Assembly (NCBI GenBank): GCA_964385645.1 | Contig: CAYLPT010000072.1 | Span: 4,207-68,206, forward strand | Source of the DNA: an uncultured bacterium | GTDB lineage: Bacteria > Armatimonadota > Hebobacteria > Hebobacterales > Hebobacteraceae | DNA length: 64,000 bases | Reading direction: 5' to 3' | In this document: piece by piece, positions 24,418-32,009 of the stretch | Layout: the number at the start of each line of letters is the position of its first letter | Numbering within the stretch: the stretch's first letter is position 1 | Notes under the pieces: model-generated | The model's input: only the letters and a program-made list of their open reading frames with translations | Told to the model about the DNA's origin: nothing | Database searches by the model: none | Program-made: the position numbers and the translations under genes

Positions 24418-26472
24418 GTGAGCGCGTTGGAGGAGCGGGAGCAGGAGGCCGGGACGCCGAGTCCCGCCGAGCAGGCCGCGCCGGACTGGTACTCGGCCCG
24501 CAGGCCGGAGCTGGAGCCGACCGAGTTCCGAGAGGGCTTCACCCTCAGGACCGTGCTGGGGGCGCTGTTCCTGGGCATCATCATGCTGCCCGGCTCGATC
24601 TACCTGGGGCTCATGATGGGGCAGGGCATGGGCCCCGCCGGACAGTGGACGACCATCATCCTGTTCACGGAGGTGGCCCGGCGGTCCTTCACCAGGCTCA
24701 GCCGCCAAGAGCTGTACATGATCTACTACATGGCGGGCAGCCTGCTGTGGATGGCAGGGGGCACCGCGCTCGCGGGGGGCATCTTCGCTTGGGCGGTCTG
24801 GAACGCGTACCTGGTCAACTCCCCGGCCGCCCGCAACTTCGGCATCGCCGACCAGATCCCCAGATGGGTGGCCCCCCCGCTGGGCTCTACCGCCTATATC
24901 GAGCGCACCTTCTTCCACCCCGACTGGACGTTCCCCGTGGTGCTGCTCGTGCTCGGGAACATCTTCGGGCGCATGCAGTGGATCGGGATGGGCTACTTCC
25001 TCTTCCGCACCACCTCCGACGTGGAGCGCCTGCCCTTCCCCATGGCCCCCATCGCCGCCCAGGGCGCCACCGCGCTCGCCGAGGTCTCCGAGGAGAAGGA
25101 GTCCTGGCGCTGGCAGGTCTTCAGCATCGCCACCGTGATCGGCCTCGTCTACGGCTTCTTCTACGTGGCGGTGCCGGTGATCACCGGCGGCTTCCTCGCC
25201 GACCCCCTGACGCTCATCCCCATCCCCTTCCTGGACCTCACCGCCAATGCCGAGGACGCCTTCCCGACCGCCCGCATCGGCATCTTCACCGACCTCGCCC
25301 CGATCTTCTACGGCTTCGTGCTGCCGTTCCCCATCGTGGTGGGCGGGTTCATCACCTCGATGTTCACCAACTTCGTGTTCTCGCCCACGCTGTTCCGCCT
25401 GAACCCTGACCTGTTCCCCACTTGGTCGAAGGGGATGAACCTCATCCAGAGCGAGATGACCCTCGGCTTCGACCTCTACATGAGCACCGGCATCGGCGTC
25501 GCGCTGGCGATCGCCGTGGTGGGCATCTTCACCGTGGTGCGCACCACTATCCAGGGCCGCATCGCGCGGGCGAGGGGCGCTACCCAGGTGAGGGGCTATG
25601 GCGACATCCCGGCCGGGAGGGGGGACTTCCCGATCTGGCTCGCGCTGCTCGCCTGGGCGGTCCCCGCGGGCGGCTACGTCGTGCTCTGCCATGTCCTCGT
25701 GCCCAGGTTCCCCATCTACTGGTTCGTCGCGCTGGCGTTCGTGTGGACCCCGCTGATCTCCTATATGTCGGCCCGCATGATCGGGTTCACCGGCCAGCCC
25801 CTGAACATCCCCTACGTGCAGCAGGCGGTCTACATACTCAGCGGCTACCAGGGCGTTGACATCTGGTTCGCGCCGCTCCCGATCGGCGACCATGGCTGGG
25901 CGGCTGCGCAGTTCCGCGAGGTCGAGCTCACGGGTACGCGCATCAGGAGCGTCATCAAGGCCGAGGCCTTCCTGTTCGTGCTCATCACCGTATGCAGCTT
26001 CGCCTACTGGTCCTTCTTCTGGCGCACCAGCCAGATCCCGTCCTCCCAGTACCCCTACGCCCAGACCTTCTGGCCCCTGAGCGCGTTCTGGCAGTGCCTG
26101 TGGGTCTCGTCAACCGACCCGACCCGGGCCGGGGAGGCCACCTTCCTGCTGAAGGCGGTGAAGTTCCCGGTGATCGGCTATGCGGGCGGGGCCGCGCTGG
26201 CGCTCTACGTCGCGCTGGCGGCGCTGAGGGTGCCGGCCCTGTGGTTCTACGGGCTGGCGGGCGGCTTCGGGGTGGCGACCACGTGGGCCATACCCACCTT
26301 CATCGGCGCCATGCTGGGGCGCTACTACTTCGCCCGGCGCCTCGGGCGGGAGCGCTGGCGGCGCTACACCCCGGTGCTGGCCGCCGGTTACGCGGCCGGC
26401 GTCGGGCTGATCGGCATGGCGGCGATCGGCATGACCATCATCTTCCGGGCGGTGCGCTCGCTGCCCTTCTAG
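24418..26472 (+). CDS. polytopic membrane protein, OPT (oligopeptide transporter) superfamily-like
   Basis: 684 aa, GTG start with GGAAGG SD, at least 14 predicted TM. N-terminus FTLRTVLGALFLGIIMLPGSIYLGLMMGQGMG...QELYMIYYMAGS resembles the OPT-family N-terminal pattern. The assignment is by eye only. Confidence 0.45.
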   Translation: MSALEEREQEAGTPSPAEQAAPDWYSARRPELEPTEFREGFTLRTVLGALFLGIIMLPGSIYLGLMMGQGMGPAGQWTTIILFTEVARRSFTRLSRQELYMIYYMAGSLLWMAGGTALAGGIFAWAVWNAYLVNSPAARNFGIADQIPRWVAPPLGSTAYIERTFFHPDWTFPVVLLVLGNIFGRMQWIGMGYFLFRTTSDVERLPFPMAPIAAQGATALAEVSEEKESWRWQVFSIATVIGLVYGFFYVAVPVITGGFLADPLTLIPIPFLDLTANAEDAFPTARIGIFTDLAPIFYGFVLPFPIVVGGFITSMFTNFVFSPTLFRLNPDLFPTWSKGMNLIQSEMTLGFDLYMSTGIGVALAIAVVGIFTVVRTTIQGRIARARGATQVRGYGDIPAGRGDFPIWLALLAWAVPAGGYVVLCHVLVPRFPIYWFVALAFVWTPLISYMSARMIGFTGQPLNIPYVQQAVYILSGYQGVDIWFAPLPIGDHGWAAAQFREVELTGTRIRSVIKAEAFLFVLITVCSFAYWSFFWRTSQIPSSQYPYAQTFWPLSAFWQCLWVSSTDPTRAGEATFLLKAVKFPVIGYAGGAALALYVALAALRVPALWFYGLAGGFGVATTWAIPTFIGAMLGRYYFARRLGRERWRRYTPVLAAGYAAGVGLIGMAAIGMTIIFRAVRSLPF

Positions 26473-26491
26473 CGAGGGCCGGTGGTCACGC

Positions 26492-27427
26492 TTGAGGCGA
26501 GATCAGGACTTCCAGACGATCGGATGGCAGGCAATCTCGGTGCGAGTCCCGGCGGACTGGACGCTGGCCGCGGTAGGGGGTGACCGACGAAAGGGCTACC
26601 TCAGACTCGACGACCAGTATCTGCCCCGGCTCCAGGTGAAGTGGGCGGCCGCGCACGTCAAGCTGGACGAGAGGCTCGCCGAGTACGCCAAGCAGCTCAC
26701 GACCGGCCGGCGCAGGCGCCCCACCGGCCTGGAGGTGGACACGGGCGCCAAGTTCCTCAGCCAGCGTGCGAAGCCCGGCAAGGAGCTGCGCACCTTCGCC
26801 TGGCGGGGCCGAGAGTGTGGGCTGGGTGTGCTGTGGAACTGCCAGGTCTGCGGGCGCGCCACCATCGCCCAGGCGAGCTGGCGCCAGGAGGAGAGGCTCC
26901 ACGACGCAGCGCTGGCGGCGCTCAAGTCACTGGAGGACCACGGCGAGGGCGGCTGGGAAGCGTGGGGCATGGATGGCTTCGCCTTCCTCGCCCCCGAGGG
27001 CTACCATCTCGCCGGGTGGCGTCGGCTGACCCGGTACCTGGAGTTCTCGCTGGAGCGCGGCGGCGCGCGACTGAAGGCCGCCCGCTGGGGCATGGTGCCG
27101 CTGGTGCTCCAGGGGCGCTCGGTCGAGGAGTGGTACCGGGAGACGAACCAGGGCCGGCGGGACGTGAGCTGGCATACGCAGGGCATGCAGATCAAAGGAC
27201 ACGAGGGGGCGGCGGCCTGGGGCGAGCGGCGCCGCCTCGCCGGCCGGCTGCGCCGGCGTGTTGCAGAGGCGCTGCGGCGCCGGCCGCCCCTGGACTTCGC
27301 TGCCGTGGCCTGGCACTGCCCGGCGGCCAATCGGCTCTACCTGGTCGAGAGCGTGCATGCGGGCGGCGGCGAGGCGTTCGCTGGGGTCGTGGACTCGATC
27401 GCCTGCCACGCCGGCGGCGATGGCTAG
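26492..27427 (+). CDS. hypothetical soluble protein (no recognised family)
   Basis: 311 aa, TTG start as given by the track (start uncertain). Arg/Trp-rich with one CQVCG. Two similar beta-like segments: ISVRVPADWTLAAVGG..GYLRLDD..LQVKW and FAFLAPEGYHLAGWRRLTRYLEFSLERGGARLKAARW. Confidence 0.5.
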   Translation: MRRDQDFQTIGWQAISVRVPADWTLAAVGGDRRKGYLRLDDQYLPRLQVKWAAAHVKLDERLAEYAKQLTTGRRRRPTGLEVDTGAKFLSQRAKPGKELRTFAWRGRECGLGVLWNCQVCGRATIAQASWRQEERLHDAALAALKSLEDHGEGGWEAWGMDGFAFLAPEGYHLAGWRRLTRYLEFSLERGGARLKAARWGMVPLVLQGRSVEEWYRETNQGRRDVSWHTQGMQIKGHEGAAAWGERRRLAGRLRRRVAEALRRRPPLDFAAVAWHCPAANRLYLVESVHAGGGEAFAGVVDSIACHAGGDG

Positions 27428-27447
27428 GGGCGGGAAAACCTGTGAGG

Positions 27448-27825
27448 ATGCTGAGGCGAAGGCCGCGCCTGACCCCGGAGCAAGTGCTGCGGTCGCGCCC
27501 GGTGAGGAATCAGGCGGTGAAGAGCGAACCGACGGAGGACGGGGGGATACGGCTGACGATCGGCCGGCGCACCGACTGGTGGGCGCGGGCGCTGGCGGTG
27601 GTGTTCCCGATCCCGCGGCAGCGACATATCGAGCTGGATGCCGTGGGGGCAGAGGTGTGGAGGCTGTGTGACGGCGAAAACAGGCTCCGGGATATGATCC
27701 GGGCTCTGGCGGAGCGGCACAAGCTGACGCGGGCGGAGGCGGAGTGGTCGCTGCGCACCTACCTGAGGGACCTGGGCAAGCGGGGGCTGGTGGGATTCGC
27801 GGTGGAGAAGCCAGAAGGGGAGTAA
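27448..27825 (+). CDS. PqqD-family / RiPP-recognition-element-like protein
   Basis: 125 aa from ATG 27448 (in frame within the long spurious track ORF 26641-27825). IELDAVGAEVWRLCDGENRLRDMIRALAERHKLTRAEAEWSLRTYLRDLGKRGLV fits the PqqD winged-helix pattern. Confidence 0.7.
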   Translation: MLRRRPRLTPEQVLRSRPVRNQAVKSEPTEDGGIRLTIGRRTDWWARALAVVFPIPRQRHIELDAVGAEVWRLCDGENRLRDMIRALAERHKLTRAEAEWSLRTYLRDLGKRGLVGFAVEKPEGE

Positions 27826-27841
27826 CAGGGAGAGGAAGCGC

Positions 27842-28531
27842 ATGGCAGGAGTGATCGAGCAGGCGGGCCGGGAGCGAGGCATCCAGCGCCAGATCGTTCT
27901 CCCCTGGTCGCGGGCGCTGCAGATGACCCGGGAGAACATCTTCGTGCGCATCGGCCGGTCGGTGATCACCGCGCTGGGCATCTTCCTCGGGCTGGCGTTC
28001 ATGAGCGCGGTGCTCTTCGGCGCGGCGGCGATGCGGGTGCAGGCCCGCATCCACGAGCAGACGATCGGGCTGGTCGAGGACCCGGTGGTGGAGATGCAGG
28101 CGCGCACCATCTGGCTGGTGGCGATGTCGCTGCTGGTGGCCACCGTGGGGATCGTGAACTCGATGCTGATGTCGGTCACGGAGCGGTACAAGGAGATCGG
28201 CACGATGAAGTGCCTGGGCGCGCTCGACAGCTTCATCGTGCGCCTGTTCATCCTGGAGGCGATCCTGCTGGGGATCCTGGGCTCCATCCTGGGGACCATC
28301 GTGGGCGTGGGGCTCATGACCCTGGCGCGCGCGCCGGCGATCGGTTGGTCGGGCGTGCTCGGGGCGTGGGGGGAGGTGGCAGTGGTGCTGGGGTCGTGGG
28401 AGATCCCGCTGTGGCTGGGGATCATCCTGGGCATCCTGGTCGGCGGGCTGCTGTCGGTCCTGGCGGCGCTCTACCCCGCCTGGCGGGCGGCGAAAATGCC
28501 GCCCGCGGCGGCGCTGCGCTCTGAGTTCTAG
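27842..28531 (+). CDS. short FtsX-family ABC permease (minimal extracytoplasmic loop)
   Basis: 229 aa, GGGAGAGGAAG SD. TM1 VITALGIFLGLAFMSAVLFG, a loop of only ~30 aa, then VNSMLMSVTERYKEIGTMKCLGALDSFIVRLFILEAILLGILGSILG and C-terminal LYPAWRAAKMPPAAALR. Confidence 0.85.
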   Translation: MAGVIEQAGRERGIQRQIVLPWSRALQMTRENIFVRIGRSVITALGIFLGLAFMSAVLFGAAAMRVQARIHEQTIGLVEDPVVEMQARTIWLVAMSLLVATVGIVNSMLMSVTERYKEIGTMKCLGALDSFIVRLFILEAILLGILGSILGTIVGVGLMTLARAPAIGWSGVLGAWGEVAVVLGSWEIPLWLGIILGILVGGLLSVLAALYPAWRAAKMPPAAALRSEF

Positions 28532-28546
28532 ATAGGGAGGCTGTGC

Positions 28547-29293
28547 ATGTCTACATCGGTCTACGAGTACATCGTCCGCACCAAGGACCTCTCCAAGGTC
28601 TATATGATGGGCGGCACCGAGGTGCGAGCGCTGGAGGACGTGGAGCTCGACATCCGCCGCGGCGAGTACGTGTCCATCATGGGCCCCTCCGGCTCGGGCA
28701 AGTCCACCCTGTTCAACATGATCGGGGGCCTCGACAAGCCCACGCGGGGCACGGTGTTCATTGACGAGGTGGACATGGCACAGCTCGACGCCTTCGAGCT
28801 CGCCTGGCTCCGGTGCCGCAAGATCGGCTACATCTTCCAGACCTTCAACCTGATCCCGGTGATGACCGCCCTCGAGAACGTCACCCTGCCCATGGTCTTC
28901 GCCGGCCTCACCACCGACCAGGCCCTCGACAAGGGCGTCGAGCTGCTGCGCACCGTCGGGCTGGCCGATCGCCGCGACCACAAGCCGACCGAGCTCTCCG
29001 GCGGCCAGCAGCAGCGAGTCGCCATCGCGCGCGCCCTCGCCAACGACCCCGCCATCATCCTCGCTGACGAGCCCACCGGAAACCTCGACCTGCGCACCGG
29101 CAAGGAGATCATCACCCTCCTCAAGCAGATGAACGAGGACAAGAACGTCACCATCATCTCGGCCACCCACGACCTCAAGATGATTGACGTCTCCGACCGC
29201 GTGGTGTGGATCCGGGACGGCAAGATCGAGCGCATCGAGGAGCGAGCCGACATCCAGGTGCGCGTCGGCGAGATGGAGGGGGAGGAGCAGTAG
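28547..29293 (+). CDS. ABC transporter ATP-binding protein (MacB/LolD-type)
   Basis: Walker A GPSGSGKSTL, Q-loop, signature LSGGQQQRVAIARAL, Walker B IILADEPTGNLD, and an FQTFNL motif typical of the MacB/LolD clade. GGGAGG SD. Confidence 0.93.
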   Translation: MSTSVYEYIVRTKDLSKVYMMGGTEVRALEDVELDIRRGEYVSIMGPSGSGKSTLFNMIGGLDKPTRGTVFIDEVDMAQLDAFELAWLRCRKIGYIFQTFNLIPVMTALENVTLPMVFAGLTTDQALDKGVELLRTVGLADRRDHKPTELSGGQQQRVAIARALANDPAIILADEPTGNLDLRTGKEIITLLKQMNEDKNVTIISATHDLKMIDVSDRVVWIRDGKIERIEERADIQVRVGEMEGEEQ

Positions 29294-29327
29294 GGCCCCC
29301 GGGCGGGGGAGCCGCCGAGCCGGTTCC

Positions 29328-29356
29328 TTGACAGCCCGCCTGCGATGACCTATGAT
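29328..29356 (+). promoter_or_regulatory. near-consensus sigma70 promoter (TTGACA-17-TATGAT)
   Basis: TTGACA 29328-33, 17-nt spacer, TATGAT 29351-56. About 75 nt upstream of the SPOR-protein start. Confidence 0.55.
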
Positions 29357-29431
29357 GCTCCCGCGGCCGCCCGCGAGCCGTTGCGGACGCCGATGATGCC
29401 CGGCGCGGCGCGGGCCCTCCTGGGCTAGACG

Positions 29432-30031
29432 ATGAGAGCGGCGCGAGGCCACATCAGTCTTCCCTCGGCACTCCTGACGCTGTCGCTGCTGGCGCTCGTG
29501 CTGGCGGTGGGATTCGTGGTGGGCCGGGTGGTCGTCGCGAGGGCCTACCTCAAGATGATGCCCGACCTCGGCGAGCCCGCGGCCCCTGCCCCCGAGTCCG
29601 CACGCGCGGAGCCCCCCGGCGGCGCCGCCCCGGGCCGTGTCTATGTGCCGGCCCCGCCCCCGGAGCGCCCTCGCGGCGCGGAGCCGGCGGAGGCGCCGGC
29701 CCCAGCCGGAGAGGAGCCAACGGCGGAGGCGGACGGGCCGGCGGCCGCGCCGGCGCCCGCGACCGCGCCGGCCCCGCAGCCGGAGGGCCCGCCCGCCGGC
29801 GAGCGCCGCTACACCATCCAGGTGGGCGTGTTCGTGAGCCGGGAGGGCGCTCAGCAGGTGGCCGACGAGCTGACGCGGGCAGGCTTCCCGGCGCGCGTGG
29901 AGGCGGAGCGCGCGGACGACCGCACCGTCTACCGCGTGTTCACCGGCCGCTACCGGACCGACTCCGCGGCGCGCAGCGCCCTCGAGCAGCTCAAGCAGGA
30001 GGGCTTCCCGGGGTTCCTAGCCGAGCGCTGA
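29432..30031 (+). CDS. SPOR-domain (septal peptidoglycan-binding) membrane protein
   Basis: 199 aa. TM anchor, Pro/Ala-rich linker, and C-terminal RRYTIQVGVFVSREGAQQVADELTRAGFPARVE...YRVFTGRYRTDSAARSALEQLKQEGF, which is the SPOR pattern. Confidence 0.85.
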   Translation: MRAARGHISLPSALLTLSLLALVLAVGFVVGRVVVARAYLKMMPDLGEPAAPAPESARAEPPGGAAPGRVYVPAPPPERPRGAEPAEAPAPAGEEPTAEADGPAAAPAPATAPAPQPEGPPAGERRYTIQVGVFVSREGAQQVADELTRAGFPARVEAERADDRTVYRVFTGRYRTDSAARSALEQLKQEGFPGFLAER

Positions 30032-30064
30032 GGCACAGCAATACCGCGCGGGAGAGCACTATCC

Positions 30065-30724
30065 GTGAGGGACATACGGAACGACGACAGCGAGCCGCAG
30101 GCGCCAGACCAGCGCGACACCCAGGGCGACCCTGAGGGCGCGCCCGGGCCGCTGGCCGAAGAGATCGCCCCGGCCGAGGAGGAGCCTGAGGAGGAGGAAG
30201 CGCGGCGGGAGGAATCCGAGGTGGAGGTCCTGCAGAAAGAGCTGGCCCTGTTGGAGGGGCAGCTCAGGGACATGCGGGACCGCTACATCCGAGCAGTGGC
30301 CGACCTGGACAACGCGCGCAAGCGTGCGCGGCAGGAGATCGCCGAGGCGCGAAAATCGGCGGCGGCGAGCGTCATACTGGACGTGCTGGGGATCGTTGAC
30401 AACCTCGAGCGCGCCCTGGAGACGGCCCAGGCCGGCCCCGAGGCCCCGGAGCAGACCAGGGCGGTGTATGAGGGCGTGTCCCTGATCTACCGGCAGTTCA
30501 TGGATGCGCTGGAGCGCCGGGGCGTCAAGCCCATCCGCGCGCTGGGCGAGCGCTTCGACCCCAAGTATCACGAGGCGGTGGCCCAGGTGCCGGCGAGCGG
30601 CGATCAGCGGGACGGCACTATCGCGCTGGAGATGCAGAGGGGATACCTGATGGGCGACCGGGTGCTCCGGCCCAGCCGAGTGGGGGTCGTGGTGCGGGAG
30701 GCGGGGGACAAGCAGGCCGGGTGA
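30065..30724 (+). CDS. grpE: nucleotide exchange factor GrpE
   Basis: 219 aa, GTG start. RDRYIRAVADLDNARKRARQE...VLDVLGIVDNLERAL...FDPKYHEAV...GYLMGDRVLRPSRVGV. Confidence 0.92.
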   Translation: MRDIRNDDSEPQAPDQRDTQGDPEGAPGPLAEEIAPAEEEPEEEEARREESEVEVLQKELALLEGQLRDMRDRYIRAVADLDNARKRARQEIAEARKSAAASVILDVLGIVDNLERALETAQAGPEAPEQTRAVYEGVSLIYRQFMDALERRGVKPIRALGERFDPKYHEAVAQVPASGDQRDGTIALEMQRGYLMGDRVLRPSRVGVVVREAGDKQAG

Positions 30725-30956
30725 TGGGCGGGGAGAGGGAAGGCCGCCAGACCGTCGAAGAGGACGCCCGGGCGGCGGGCGACGGGCGGAGGATGGTGAG
30801 AGAGGTCGCGTTGTGGTATCTTCAAGGAGAAAGCGACGCCGGGCGAACTCGCCCGAGGAGCCGAAGGAGCAGGTGAACGCGGTAGGCGGGGAAGGGCAGC
30901 CGGAGGCGCCCGGGCGAGAGGTTGAGGCCCCGATGCTGAGAGAGGGAGGAACTCCT

Positions 30957-32009
30957 ATGTCGAGCCAGCAGGCGGCCGACGCGAGGCATGCGGTGATCCG
31001 GGTGATCGGCATCGGCGGGGCCGGCAGCAATGCCGTGGACCGGATGGTGGAGGCCGGGCTCAAGGGGGTGGAGTTCGTGGCCGCGAACACGGATCTCCAG
31101 GCCCTCGCCCGCTCCCGGGCCACAACCAAGCTCCAGCTCGGTGCTCAGGTGACCAATGGGCTGGGCGCCGGGGGCGACCCCGAGGTCGGGGCGCGGGCGG
31201 CGGAGGAGAGCCGGTCGGAGATCAAGGGGGTGCTGGAGGGGGCCGACATGGTCTTCATCACCGCCGGCATGGGGGGCGGCACTGGGACCGGCGGCGCCCC
31301 CACGGTCGCGGAGGTGAGCCGCGAGGTCGGGGCGCTGACGGTGGCCGTGGTCACGAAGCCCTTCGCCTTCGAGCGGGGCCGGCGGCAGGCCATCGCCGAC
31401 GAGGGGCTGGACAACCTGCGCACCAAGGTGGACACGCTCATCACTGTGCCGAACGACCGCTTGCTGGGCGTGGTGCAGAAGAAGGTCACCCTGCTCGACG
31501 CCTTCCGCCTCGCCGACGAGGTGCTGCGGGAGGGCGTTCAGGGCATCTCCGACCTGATCACCATCCCCGGGCTCATCAACCTCGACTTCGCCGACGTGAA
31601 GACGGTCATGCAGGACGCCGGCACCGCGCTGATGGGCATCGGCGTAGGCAGCGGCGAGACGCGGGCCTCTGACGCCGCGCAGGCCGCCATCTCGAGCCCG
31701 CTGCTCGAGAGCTCCATTGACGGGGCGACCCGGATCCTGTTCAACATCACCGGCGGCGGCGACTTGTCTCTCTCCGAGGTCGAGGAGGCCGCGCAGGTTA
31801 TCCGATCCGCCTCCGATTCGCCGGACACCAACGTCTTGTTCGGCGTCGTCATCGCCGAGGAGCCGAGAGAGGAAGTCCGCATCACCGTCCTCGCCACGGG
31901 CTTCGAGCGGGGCCGCCGGTCGGCCAAGGGCGAGGGGCGGGGGCTGCCCGCGGCAGAGCCCGTCCCCGATGCCGACCTCGAGGTGCCTACCTTCCTGCGC
32001 AACCGCTAG
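30957..32009 (+). CDS. ftsZ: cell division protein FtsZ
   Basis: 350 aa from ATG 30957 (GGGAGGA SD). IRVIGIGGAGSNAVDRM, GLGAGGDPEVG, FITAGMGGGTGTGGAP, and the C-terminal peptide DLEVPTFLRNR. The track ORF start at 30813 is probably too far upstream. Confidence 0.95.
   Translation: MSSQQAADARHAVIRVIGIGGAGSNAVDRMVEAGLKGVEFVAANTDLQALARSRATTKLQLGAQVTNGLGAGGDPEVGARAAEESRSEIKGVLEGADMVFITAGMGGGTGTGGAPTVAEVSREVGALTVAVVTKPFAFERGRRQAIADEGLDNLRTKVDTLITVPNDRLLGVVQKKVTLLDAFRLADEVLREGVQGISDLITIPGLINLDFADVKTVMQDAGTALMGIGVGSGETRASDAAQAAISSPLLESSIDGATRILFNITGGGDLSLSEVEEAAQVIRSASDSPDTNVLFGVVIAEEPREEVRITVLATGFERGRRSAKGEGRGLPAAEPVPDADLEVPTFLRNR

Noticed and set aside
29345-29428. 27-aa ORF (MTYDAPAAAREPLRTPMMPGAARALLG) as a candidate RiPP precursor next to the PqqD operon
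   Set aside because: It starts inside the -10 element of the strong promoter at 29328-56, has no SD, lies downstream of the operon, and has no Cys/Ser/Thr-rich core.
26927-29452. 841-aa minus-strand ORF
   Set aside because: It is antisense to the PqqD-like, mini-FtsX and ABC ATPase genes (Walker motifs on the plus strand). The product is Arg/Pro/His-rich with no domains.
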